In this document: positions 48,580 to 59,705 of the stretch, piece after piece
How the letters are laid out: the number at the start of each line of letters is the position of its first letter
Position numbering within the stretch: the first letter of the stretch is position 1
Assembly (NCBI GenBank): GCA_950097015.1
Contig: CATNEN010000033.1
Span: 3,038,001-3,102,000 of the forward strand
Origin: Macrostomum hystrix
Lineage: Eukaryota > Animalia > Platyhelminthes
Direction of reading: 5' to 3'
DNA: 64,000 nt
Translations under genes and position numbers: made by a program
Notes under the pieces: generated by a model
Seen by the model: the letters and a program-made list of their open reading frames with translations, nothing else
Databases searched by the model: none
Told to the model about the DNA's origin: nothing

Positions 48580-50088
48580 ATGGAAGACAACAACGGACTC
48601 CGCTTCTGCCATTTCTGCGGCCAGCAAATCCGCGCCAATATGATGCGAAGACATTTTATAGAGGCGCATAAAGCTGTCCATGCCGAATTTGACTGGACAG
48701 TCCTACCTGTTGGTCAAAGGCCATCGCTATTCGCGTCGGTTAAGGAGCGTGGAAGTGCCGTCTGGAAGATGCTGCAACTACAGCGGGCTGGTGTAGATGT
48801 CGCTGCCGGTGGACGTGTGCTAGCGTGTCCGCATTGCAACAAAATAACGTCCAACATGTTGCATCATCAATATAGATGTAAGCGGAATCCGCAGCGTCGC
48901 GTCGGTGGCCAACCAGCTCAGCCAGTGGCAGTGGCGGGAGCAGCGGCAATGGGCGAAGTGGTCCAGCTTGAACAACTGGATCCACTACCAGCTGTGGTCG
49001 GCGAGATTGTCGACTATATGCACGAGCGCTACATTGCCCGTCGACTGCCAGCAGCAGAGCAGCCAGCAGCAGAGCAGCCAGCAGCAGAGCAGCCAGTAGC
49101 AGAGCAGCCAGTAGCAGAGCAGCCAGCAGCAGAGCAGCCAGCAGCAGAGCAGCCATCAGCAGAGCAGTCAGCAGCAGAGCAGCCAGCAGAAACTATCATC
49201 ATAGAAGATAGCGCAGCTGAATCAGGCATCATCTATGCAACAAGTACTGACGAGCCTGCTGAACATGTGAGCCAAGCGGACAGCGTGTCAATTGGATCAG
49301 TACGGCATCTAATTTGTACATCTACTCCGCTTAATCACAATGCGATTGAAGCAGCAGCAGAAACAATCCAATCGGATCACTCGCCAGTACCATCGCCATC
49401 AATGCCAATTTTGCAAATTGAGCCAATCGGATCACCAGCGATGCCTATGTTGCCGATTCCAACTGTCGAGGTGCCGTATTTCGTTCCGGTGCCGCTACCT
49501 GTTTTTATTCCTGTCTGTGCGCCAAGAGTAACAACAGCGACAGTTGGTGTCAGTGCACAAAACGGTGTGACCGATGTTTCAATCGAAGCCAATGTCAGCA
49601 CGCAGTCAGTGTGTATTGGTACATCATCCGGTCACGGTGATGACATTGAAATGGCGCAGATTCTGCTCGACTTGATGCAACCTGCCGCTATGCAATTTCT
49701 GTCTACCAATACGGATTGTGTTGCTGCTGCTGCTGGATCGGATTTCGCTGCCCATTCCGAAGCAAGTCACATCGATGAGATGTTTGATGTCGCAATGGAG
49801 ATCATCATTGCTGATGTCAACAACGATTCTGATGAACAGCTATCTGATGTGACAGTGCCGCAAGGAGATGCCGATGCCGCAGCAGAATTGGTTCTGACCG
49901 CCGACCTTGACGACGATGTCGCAATGTCAATAAGTGATGTGCAGTCATCGCAATCGACTATACCTGCGACTGATGCTTTGCATGCATCTAGACGCTCGTA
50001 TTGTATATGCACACACAATATATTGACTACGACAGTGTCAAGACACGGCCGATTGATCAAGACGCGACAATGTCTGTGCGGCAATTGA
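48580..50088 (+). CDS. ORF B1: N-terminal zinc-finger domain, (P-A/V-A-E-Q)n repeats, acidic low-complexity body, 502 aa
   Basis: Uninterrupted; N-terminus paralogous to ORF A; near-identical copy at 55787. Confidence 0.75.
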   Translation: MEDNNGLRFCHFCGQQIRANMMRRHFIEAHKAVHAEFDWTVLPVGQRPSLFASVKERGSAVWKMLQLQRAGVDVAAGGRVLACPHCNKITSNMLHHQYRCKRNPQRRVGGQPAQPVAVAGAAAMGEVVQLEQLDPLPAVVGEIVDYMHERYIARRLPAAEQPAAEQPAAEQPVAEQPVAEQPAAEQPAAEQPSAEQSAAEQPAETIIIEDSAAESGIIYATSTDEPAEHVSQADSVSIGSVRHLICTSTPLNHNAIEAAAETIQSDHSPVPSPSMPILQIEPIGSPAMPMLPIPTVEVPYFVPVPLPVFIPVCAPRVTTATVGVSAQNGVTDVSIEANVSTQSVCIGTSSGHGDDIEMAQILLDLMQPAAMQFLSTNTDCVAAAAGSDFAAHSEASHIDEMFDVAMEIIIADVNNDSDEQLSDVTVPQGDADAAAELVLTADLDDDVAMSISDVQSSQSTIPATDALHASRRSYCICTHNILTTTVSRHGRLIKTRQCLCGN

Positions 50089-50409
50089 TTTCATTCAATT
50101 CAATTGGCTCGGCGTGCAACTCAGATTGGGCTGCTTTGTCTGTCTACTGGCTGGCTTGCTGAATAATCGACTGACTCACTTATAATAAATTCAGACTGAA
50201 CTTGATTTAATCGATTGATTTAATATACGTTGATATAAGAATAAACTGAAAAATATAAACTTTTACGCGATTTGATTCTAAGCGATTTGATTCCACTACT
50301 GTCTATTCTTATTACATCAATTTTAGTTTTAAGTCTACTTCATTATTCTCAGGTTTTGCGCAATATAAATCCAGACCCAACCGTCTATGGCTCTAGCATA
50401 TTAACTGCA

Positions 50410-50522
50410 TTGGCAAAATCTTCCGGAAGGAATTGCTTCTATGTAAATCAATAGGACGCAAAATCTTCCGGAAGGAATTGCCTCAATGTAAATCCATAGG
50501 AAGCAACATCTTCCGGAAGGAA
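50410..50522. repeat. 3 x ~42-bp repeat with CTTCCGGAAG palindrome at the junction between tandem units
   Basis: AAAATCTTCCGGAAGGAA occurs three times with variants. Confidence 0.85.
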
Positions 50523-50995
50523 GTGCATGCATGCGTATCGCAAAAAGGCTGAATGACCTTTTTTTTGATCTCCCTAGTGTATTTCTAAAAATAGAACACC
50601 GCAGGTGGTCATTTCGCGAAAATACGGACGCATATACCAAATGACCTTTTTTTTTGATCTCCGTAGTGTATTTCTATAATTAGAACAGCTCAGCTTGTCT
50701 TTTCGCAATCGGGCACTGCGGAGCATGTAGTCGTGTTTGCGAAAGTACTAATATATATCACTAGTGCTTTCATTTCATTTCATTGTGCTTTCGCGAATGC
50801 ACCGAGTTTGCATGGACTCACTAACAAATTTACCTTCGTTCTTTCGCAAAAGTATAACGCGAAATGTACTTTCGCGAAAATACCTAGCCCTGTATTTCAA
50901 AAGATTTCATCATTTGCAAACAAAAATATTAAAAATCCAACATCCGAAAGAAAATCAATATAAATTGCCAGATAACACACTATTCAATTGCAATT

Positions 50996-51068
50996 GATCT
51001 GGCATGCAGGTCTAAAGCATTCCTTTCTAGTACCAGTGGCTCCGGTTCGAATCCCAGTCAGCACTACG
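50996..51068 (+). other. tRNA-like / Pol III B-box sequence, copy 2
   Basis: GGTTCGAATCCCAGTCA retained in the duplicated unit. Confidence 0.4.
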
Positions 51069-51630
51069 CATTTTTTTCAATTTAAAAAATCTGCTAATAA
51101 TGAAATAAATCTTTATTAGAAATATATTTTTTATATTCGAATCCCCACTTTTTGCTCGAATACGGCAGTTACCTTCTTTTGATAATGCCTTTACTTTCAT
51201 TTGGGACACATGTCTTTTCGCGAAAATACCATCGGAAACAGTAATCATATTAACACTAAAGTATTTTCGCAAAAAGACTGCATTAACCTTTGTTTGAGAA
51301 TACATATTTACTTTCGCGAAAATACCTCCGGAATAATCGACACTAATTTAAGTGCTTTCTCAACATACAGATAGACATACAGAAATCAAATATTTATTCG
51401 TGTTTATGTTCATATTCTGTTCGAAACTACCTACTCTACTAATAGTAGACAATATAGTAGCAACGTTAAATTTATTTAGCATAATAGGCCCATAGACAAG
51501 TGCAAATTTTTAGTTCATGGGACAAACCGTGAGTACAGTCGAAGCGTTATAACAGCGGTAGCCGAGCGCGCTCGGTAATAAATCGAACAATTTTTTCTGT
51601 CTGTCATATAAGCAAATCGAAGCGAACGAA

Positions 51631-52230
51631 ATGGACGACTGCCCTGTCTGCAATGCCGCAGTTGCGAAGAAGAATATCAGAAGGCACTTTGCTAGACAAC
51701 ATTCTGATTTCATTTCGAGTTTCGACTGGAGCGACATACCTGCAGATATGCGAGCCGCAGCGAATGCGTCGGCTGATGCCAAGGCAAATGCTGTATGGAA
51801 GGTCCTCATACTCCGTCGGAAGGGAATTGATGTACTATACAAGCATTGTCCATATTGTGGTAAATGTGTGCGGCAACTCAGCAAGCATATCGCACGACCT
51901 TGTAAAAGTAAACCGGCAATTACAGAGGCAGCAAATGCAACCCTTTCGTCAGGTGAGAGCGACGATTCTTCGTCTGATTCGATTGACGCGGGTGCAAAAA
52001 TTGAGCTGCCTATTGTCGTGTGTGCGTCGTCTGCGGGATCGTCTTCTGCTGGACAGTCCAATGCTGTACGCATTACCAACAGTGCATCGTCTGTCATACC
52101 GTCTACTTTAGTAGCACCGGTGTTGGCTAGTTTCGATCGTGCCGGACACGGCACGATACACGGCCGATATTGTCAGTCACGACATCGAGCGACTGCAAAA
52201 CGAAACGAGTACGATGCCAGAATTCAATAA
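51631..52230 (+). CDS. ORF A2-ZnF, diverged paralogue of 43174-43761
   Basis: CPVC...IRRHFARQH...FDW...CPYCGKCVRQLSKHIARPC. Confidence 0.7.
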   Translation: MDDCPVCNAAVAKKNIRRHFARQHSDFISSFDWSDIPADMRAAANASADAKANAVWKVLILRRKGIDVLYKHCPYCGKCVRQLSKHIARPCKSKPAITEAANATLSSGESDDSSSDSIDAGAKIELPIVVCASSAGSSSAGQSNAVRITNSASSVIPSTLVAPVLASFDRAGHGTIHGRYCQSRHRATAKRNEYDARIQ

Positions 52231-52359
52231 TGCCAACGACAATGTGGCAGCGATCAGTAAGTGGTCTAAAATATTGTTGTACATGCCTTTACATTTTTTA
52301 ATTTACACATAAAGACAAAAAAATAATCAACAAATATTTATAACTTTCCTGTCAAACAG

Positions 52360-53183
52360 AATTTATCAATGGACTGCGTCTGAATGCGGCCGGCCTCAAC
52401 GAGATTCTGCAGAAAGCCCACAACGCTGAGCATCCGCGCGTGTGTACTAGCTTGCAGAATCTGGTCAATCTGACAGAAGCAATTCTCCAGTATACGTCAG
52501 ACTATGTTCCGGTCGGAGTCACCAATGCTGTCAGTCAGCGACAAGCAGAGACTCAGACCTCTAAATCTGACGTGGAAAATACTGATGATTCTGTCAGTGA
52601 AGAGGAGCTTGTATTGCAACGGAGGCACAAGACGTCTCGGCTTGTTGTTTTCGACGGCCCAGACTACCACGTTGCATCTGAACACATGTACAAGCAACTA
52701 GACAATGTCGGCGACATCTGGTTCAAGGGTCATTGCTGTGTAGAAGAGAACGCATCGCATGTTAGCCGTAGGAAAGCAATCCAGCGGAACTATCATGCTA
52801 CAACTAGTCGTCTCCTACACGCAATCAATGTCACAGTCGAGATGTGGTTCATCAATCCAGCGCGCATCCAATTCGATTTGGACGAGATGGTGAAGCGCCA
52901 TATCTGGAAACCATCGACTGTTGGACAGCGAATGAACGAGCTTCATAACATATTGAGCGGCGCGAAGAAGTTTCTAGCAGCCAACAACGACTTCGGTGCT
53001 CCTAGTGTTATGAACGCGTTCCAATTGACCTCGCCACCAGATGGATTGTTTGCCAACGTGCATGCCGACATTGTCAAGGCCGCGTCAGAATTGCCTGCCT
53101 GTCCTGACCCGCGCAAAGATGGTATTCTCTATCATCAGACTGCAGTATCTGGTCTGTTGACTAGCCGCATCGAATCAATCATG
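52360..53183 (+). CDS. YR gene copy 2, middle exon (intact)
   Basis: CAG acceptor 52357-52359, GTGAGC donor 53184; open throughout. Confidence 0.7.
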
Positions 53184-53295
53184 GTGAGCAGTGTTGTTGT
53201 GTCGCATATTGTATACTATGTTAGTTGATATATCATGAACAATTGTAGAAGCTACTGCATGTACTTTCTCTTTCATAACCCTTTAACATGTACAG

Positions 53296-54309
53296 GCTTG
53301 CATTGGATTGATTCGTCAGCGGCAAGAGAATATCTATCACCTGCGCGATGACGAACGCCAGCTGTCCTACACGGATAAGTTCCTGACCGCTGACGAATGG
53401 CGCATCATTCACAACCGGCTAGACTGCCTGATTGATATGGTCGCCAAACATTCGTGGTCTCATCTACCCGTGAAGGGCTACTGGGGTCGCATTGGACAAT
53501 GTGCACGTCGAATGGCCAACGTCGTCGGCAAATGGAATACATTTATTATGCCGATCACGCGTGAACTGGCCTTCTTCTGTGCAGCAATTGTCCATGCCAA
53601 TCGACTACGTCCATGGGTCGCGATTCGGCGTTGCTATTTGGATGCTGCACTCAATAGCGGCGTATCAACGTCCTCCACCATTGTCACAGTCCTGCCGCCT
53701 ACCGAAGTGGCACACAAAAAGGGCGGTCGTGGTAAAGGTGCAAGCTGGACTGCGCCACGCAAAGTCGGCGAATGTCTACTGCAATGGATAGACAACTTTC
53801 TATTGCCATACTTCGCCGAGTGCAACATCCATGTCAGGCCAGGCAAATGTCTGCTGTTTCCTACGCATCGTGGCAAGCAGCGTGACTCGACAAGTTTCAG
53901 CACGCTTGTCAAGCAGGGCGCCGAGTTGGTCATCGATCGGCCCTATCGCATGGGCGATGGGCGTCGAAATGTACTGTCGGCCTATGTGCACGCGCATCCC
54001 GACAAGCTAGACCAGCTGGTGCCACTGTACGACACATCGCGCAACTGTGTCGTCAATGCGTATGGACGCCTGGCCAAACAGCAGGCCAATCTGATGGTCG
54101 CCGACGACGTCAGAGGATGCTTCGAGACATTCTGTCACAATCGGCCACTTGATCGTCGACATCAACGACATCCAACAGCCGAAAACGACACGAAGCGTCG
54201 TCGCTCTGCCGCCTGTAGCGTTGATCTGGACGCAACCAATTCATCGGCTGCATCTCCTCTACCTGCTGATGACATTGTGATGCCACATAGTCAACGCATA
54301 CGCAAGTGA
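53296..54309 (+). CDS. Tyrosine recombinase catalytic exon, copy 2
   Basis: Same R-K-R-Y motifs as copy 1, about 95% similar by eye; phase-0 acceptor 53293-53295. Confidence 0.7.
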   Translation, partial: ACIGLIRQRQENIYHLRDDERQLSYTDKFLTADEWRIIHNRLDCLIDMVAKHSWSHLPVKGYWGRIGQCARRMANVVGKWNTFIMPITRELAFFCAAIVHANRLRPWVAIRRCYLDAALNSGVSTSSTIVTVLPPTEVAHKKGGRGKGASWTAPRKVGECLLQWIDNFLLPYFAECNIHVRPGKCLLFPTHRGKQRDSTSFSTLVKQGAELVIDRPYRMGDGRRNVLSAYVHAHPDKLDQLVPLYDTSRNCVVNAYGRLAKQQANLMVADDVRGCFETFCHNRPLDRRHQRHPTAENDTKRRRSAACSVDLDATNSSAASPLPADDIVMPHSQRIRK

Positions 54310-55089
54310 CGCACTCGACGGTCGTCCATTTGCAAGGCCACTGACAAGAAGCGACCTCGAATGTCGACAATGCGACCCGCTACGGTTAGTCCTAGATGTT
54401 CAACAACGGACAACACCGAGTCGACAAAGCCGGCCATCGATTCAGCAACACCATCGCCTATTTCGTCTACATCGTCTAGACGACGCAGTCTTAGTCAACC
54501 GCCGATGTTTGGAGCATCGGCTGGACAAGGCAACGTTCATGACGATATCGACGAAGAAGGTGATGATGGTGAACAACAGCACGTCAGCAATGACAATGAG
54601 ACCAGCTCGGATTCTGAGCTACTCATGGTTCGTCGAACGGAATACAGGACGCGATCTGGGCGCCTGATCAGTTCGAGAACTAGACTGGACATCTGAATGC
54701 TCATATTGTCCCAGTCGTGTCACCTGACTTTATATGTGCTGATTGTCTGATTTGCCAAACTATTATCAATTATCAATTGTGTCAATTGTGATACCCCCAC
54801 TAATACCCGTCCCTTTACAACCGAGAATCTCATATGTTCTGTTTGTTGCTCTCTTATATATTGTTAAGATGCTAATGATTGTCAACACTGTGATTATTTC
54901 GTTAGTAATTAAATAAATTAACAAATGAAATCATTTGATTATCATCTGATTAAACTAAGATTAAACTATTCTCGTTTTCTTAAAAGCCGAAGATACACGA
55001 AAAAATCATTCGTGATTATTGACAATTAGCAGAAATATACTAAATTTGTCGATGGTAAAAAAAGTACAAGTCACTTTGTCTGAGAATAC

Positions 55090-55600
55090 GTATCTACATT
55101 CGCGAAAATACCATAATATGTAGCCATGCACACTACTTTAAGAACTTTTGCAAAAATACCGCCAACTACCTGTGTTTAATAGCATAGCAGTATTTTCGCG
55201 AAAATACCATAAGATATAGCCACGCATATAACCTACTTTAAGAACTTTTGCAAAAATACCGCCAACTACCTTTGTTTAATAGCATAGCAGTATTTTCGCG
55301 AAAATACCATAAGATGTAGCCACGCACACTACCTACTTTAATAACTTTTGCAAAAATACCGCCAACTACCTTTGTTTAATAGCATAGCAGTCTTTTCGCG
55401 AAAATACCAAAGATGTAATCATGCACACTACTTTAAGAACTTTTGCAAAAATACCGCCAACTACCTTTGTTTAATAGCATAGCAGTATTTTCGCGAAAAT
55501 ACCAAAGATGTAATCATGCATACTACTTTAAGAACTTTTGCAAAAATACTGCCCTTACCTTTGTTTATAGAGCATATCAGTATTTTCGCGAAAATACTAT
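55090..55600. repeat. Palindromic ~96-100-bp repeat array 3 (~5 units)
   Basis: Start matches array 1; end matches array 2. Confidence 0.92.
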
Positions 55601-55786
55601 ATATGGAAATAGTTGACGATGTCTGTCTATGTCTATGTGTCTGACTGCTGCTCTGTACAGGATATGAGCAGTGCTAGGTAAATATATGCGCGCGCGCACG
55701 CAAATCGATAATTAAAATTCAGCCACAACGACCACTCTGTCGATTATTCAGCAGGCTAGCCAGCGAACGACTATATTTAAGCTGCA

Positions 55787-57281
55787 ATGGAAGACAACAA
55801 CGGACTCCGCTTCTGCCATTTCTGCGGCCAGCAAATCCGCGCCAATATGATGCGAAGACATTTTATAGAGGCGCATAAAGCTGTCCATGCCGAATTTGAC
55901 TGGACAGTCCTACCTGTTGGTCAAAGGCCATCGCTATTCGCGTCGGTTAAGGAGCGTGGAAGTGCCGTCTGGAAGATGCTGCAACTACAGCGGGCTAGTG
56001 TGGATGTCGCTGCCGGTGGACGTGTGCTAGCGTGTTCGCATTGCAACAAAATAACGTCCAACATGTTGCATCATCTATATAGATGTAAGCGGAATCCGCA
56101 GCGTCGCGTCGGTGGCCAACCAGCTCAGCCAGTGGCAGTGGCGGGAGCAGCCGGCAATGGGCGAAGTGGTCCAGCTTGAACAACTGGATCCACTACCAGC
56201 TGTGGTCGGCGAGATTGTCGACTATATGCACGAGCGCTACATTGCCCGTCGACTGCCAGCAGCAGAGCAGCCAGCAGCAGAGCAGCCAGTAGCAGAGCAG
56301 CCAGTAGCAGAGCAGCCAGCAGCAGAGCAGCCAGCAGCAGAGCAGCCATCAGCAGAGCAGTCAGCAGCAGAGCAGCCAGCAGAAACTATCATCATAGAAG
56401 ATAGCGCAGCTGAATCAGGCATCATCTATGCAACAAGTACTGACGAGCCTGCTGAACATGTGAGCCAAGCGGACAGCGTGTCAATTGGATCAGTACGGCA
56501 TCCAATTTGTACATCTACTCCGCTTAATCACAATGCGATTGAAGCAGCAGCAGAAACAATCCAATCGGATCACTCGCCAGTACCATCGCCATCAATGCCA
56601 ATTTTGCAAATTGAGCCAATCGGATCACCAGCGATGCCTATGTTGCCGATTCCAACTGTCGAGGTGCCGTATTTCGTTCCGGTGCCGCTACCTGTTTTTA
56701 TTCCTGTCTGTGCGCCAAGAGTAACAACAGCGACAGTTGGTGTCAGTGCACAAAACGGTGTGACCGATGTTTCAATCGAAGCCAATGTCAGCACGCAGTC
56801 AGTGTGTATTGGTACATCATCCGGTCACGGTGATGACATTGAAATGGCGCAGATTCTGCTCGACTTGATGCAACCTGCCGCTATGCAATTTCTGTCTACC
56901 AATACGGATTGTGTTGCTGCTGCTGCTGGATCGGATTTCGCTGCCCATTCCGAAGCAAGTCACATCGATGAGATGTTTGATGTCGCAATGGAGATCATCA
57001 TTGCTGATGTCAACAACGATTCTGATGAACAGCTATCTGATGTGACAGTGCCGCAAGGAGATGCCGATGCCGCAGCAGAATTGGTTCTGACCGCCGACCT
57101 TGACGACGATGTCGCAATGTCAATAAGTGATGTGCAGTCATCGCAATCGACTATACCTGCGACTGATGCTTTGCATGCATCTAGACGCTCGTATTGTATA
57201 TGCACACACAATATATTGACTACGACAGTGTCAAGACACGGCCGATTGATCAAGACGCGACAATGTCTGTGCGGCAATTGA
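55787..57281 (+). pseudogene. ORF B2, copy of B1 with a 1-bp insertion near 56150 (or a sequencing error)
   Basis: GCAGCCGGCAATG versus GCAGCGGCAATG in B1; one fewer PAAEQ unit. Confidence 0.7.
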
Positions 57282-57836
57282 TTTCATTCAATTCAATTGG
57301 CTCTGCGTGCAACTCAGATTGGGCATCTTTGACCGTCTACTGGCTGATTGGCTGGCTGGCTGGCTTGCTGAATAATCGACTGACTCACTTATAATGACTC
57401 ACTTAAGTTACCATTTATTATGGTATAATTAAGACTGAACTTGATTTAATCGCCTGATTTAATATACGTTGATGTAATAAAAAACTAAAAAATATAAACT
57501 TTTACGCGATTTGATTATATCAATTTTATAATAACAAACGAATTGAATAACATCAATTTTAGCTTTAAGTCCACTTCATTATTCTCAGGTTTTGCGCAAT
57601 ATAAATACAAACATAATATCTCAGACTGATCGATTACGATTACGTCGGTCTTGTAATAAGTCTCAGCGCCAATATACATCGCATATAACACCGCCAGTCA
57701 GTTCATATTATTTTAATGATAAAATAAACGAGACAAGAAGTTGTGTACTATTAACAATTAAACAAATTACAAACACTAAATTATTTTTGTTTATTATTTA
57801 TTTATATTTTGAAACGGGTGACCGGGTGCAGAGCAA

Positions 57837-57980
57837 TGTGACGGTTCGTGGTTCACATACTGCGACATGTCACATAGCCAGCAGATATCTTAGCAGCTTC
57901 CGTTGAAGGACGCGAAAATACATTATACTGTTCAACCAGTATGTGACATGTCGCAGTATGTGAACCACTGAACCGTCACA
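57837..57980. other. Long hairpin: ~40-bp near-perfect inverted repeat with ~63-bp loop
   Basis: TGTGACGGTTC-GTGGTTCACATACTGCGACATGTCACATA pairs with TATGTGACATGTCGCAGTATGTGAACCACTGAACCGTCACA. Confidence 0.85.
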
Positions 57981-58085
57981 CCGAATCACTATACACTACA
58001 ATACCATAGCAGTCAGGTATATTTATATTTTGAAACGCGGGGATGTCCGGGTGCAGAGCAGGGCTGGCTAATGCTCACATTATCG

Positions 58086-58157
58086 TCGGGCCGTACGTTA
58101 GCCATGCAGATGAAAGCTTTCAGAAAAAAACTGAAATCTGGCTAACGTACGGCCCGA
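58086..58157. other. Second hairpin: 19-bp perfect inverted repeat
   Basis: TCGGGCCGTACGTTAGCCA ... TGGCTAACGTACGGCCCGA. Confidence 0.85.
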
Positions 58158-59166
58158 GGGTAACGATAGCTAACGAAACTGTCTTCCACAAGAGCCTTCT
58201 TACCTTTTTACCACTGGCACAATATGCACAGATCTCAAGTAGTCAAAATCATAGTCGTTTTGACTTAAGAATACGTATGTACTTTCGCGAAAAAGTTTTT
58301 GGCAGTGCGCAAATACTAATTATAGATGAAATGTCTGGCTATATTCGCGAAAATACCATAGATATAGCCACGCTACTTAAAGAACTTTTGCAAAAATACT
58401 GCATACAATATGAATTATATGCAGCCGTTTTTTGTGTCTATGGCCAAAAACGTCTGACTGTATTTTCGAAAGAAAAATTTGGATGCGAAGAACATAAAAA
58501 ATTGCGAAAAATCGAGCTGTACCAAGCAGACATGTCTTTGGTAAAATACGCACAACTTAATGCACTACATACCTATAGTCCGCACGTTTTAAAAGTGCAT
58601 CTTGTAACATCTTATATCTAGCGATACGAAAGTGTATAATAATTTATTCGTCGTTTGTACTTTACTTTTTCAAACGAATCTGTTTTTATTAATGTTTTTT
58701 ACATGAGAAACTTGTATAAACTTTACTTGAAATTATATTGCAGACTGATCAATTACGATTACGTCGCTATTGCAGTATGTCTCATCGCCAATGTACACCA
58801 CATAACCGCCAGTCAGTTCATATTATTTAAATTATAAAATAAATAACCAAGATAAGAAGTTATTTATTGTGAAAACTCTAACAAACAATATTATATTTAT
58901 TTATTTATTTTATTTTTATATTTGCGTTCTTTGCGTTCTCATAGCATCTGTCACTTCACATCTACAGCATCTGTCACTGCATATCTACAGCATCTGTCAC
59001 TTCACATCTACGCAAATGCTCATAGGTGCTCATAGGTGCTCATAGGTGCTCATATGTGCTCATAGGACATAGGACATAGGACTCATAGGACACCCGGCTG
59101 CGGGATGAAAGATGGGTTTTAGGTTTCATTTAGTTTGTTAACTCAGATGTTATCATGCAGATGTGT

Positions 59167-59448
59167 TCATAAATATTCAAATGAAAGGAATCGAAATCTA
59201 CTACTCACATATGGATCCAGCCCTGTCGCTATGCGGCGGGCCCTGGCCAGGCGGAGCATGGCCGCCCGGACCCGTCGCATAGCGGCAGCCATCTCGGCCT
59301 CCGCCCGGCGCCGTTCCGGCGTCCAGGCCTCCGCTGCCGCCACTGCTGTCGCTGCCTCAAACGCTTTTAAAAGGGCCTCCTCCAACTCCTTGGCAGCGGA
59401 GTCCAGGACGAAAGTCCGAAAAGGAGCAGAAAATAGATGAAATGACAT
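59167..59448 (-). CDS. Small Ala/Arg-rich helical ORF or exon, unknown
   Basis: GC-rich island in AT-rich flanks; a GTGAGT donor follows the DPY codons. Confidence 0.4.
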   Translation of the reverse strand: MSFHLFSAPFRTFVLDSAAKELEEALLKAFEAATAVAAAEAWTPERRRAEAEMAAAMRRVRAAMLRLARARRIATGLDPYVSSRFRFLSFEYL

Positions 59449-59705
59449 AGTTATCCTGTTGCTGCTGTTGCTGCTGTTGCTGCTGTTGCTGCTGGTGCGG
59501 TTATGGCGTTGGTTGTGGGCTGATTTCTTGGCCGAGAAAGATTTCTAGTTCTTAATGCCCAGACTGGCCTGTATTCATTTGATTTGTCTGTGGACTGACT
59601 CACCTGTGTTGGATAAAATATACTCTATGGGGGCTTTAAGTAAAGTTTAGAATTTTTTTTAACAAAACTATTTTTTGCTTTACTTGATTTACTAACTGAC
59701 TGAAC

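Noticed and set aside
44861-54309. Bacterial prophage or integron integrase (contamination)
   Set aside because: The genes have phase-consistent GT-AG introns conserved in both copies and lie in continuity with eukaryotic sequence; there are no operons or phage structural genes.
57915-57935. CRESS-virus nonanucleotide origin in the hairpin loop (reverse complement CAGTATAAT)
   Set aside because: Two mismatches to the NANTATTAC-type consensus and not at the apex of a short stem; too weak to claim.
58043-58621. 192-aa ORF
   Set aside because: Spans a hairpin and degenerate palindromic repeats; similar spurious ORFs occur at 42645-43022 and in the 5' part of 47104-47745.
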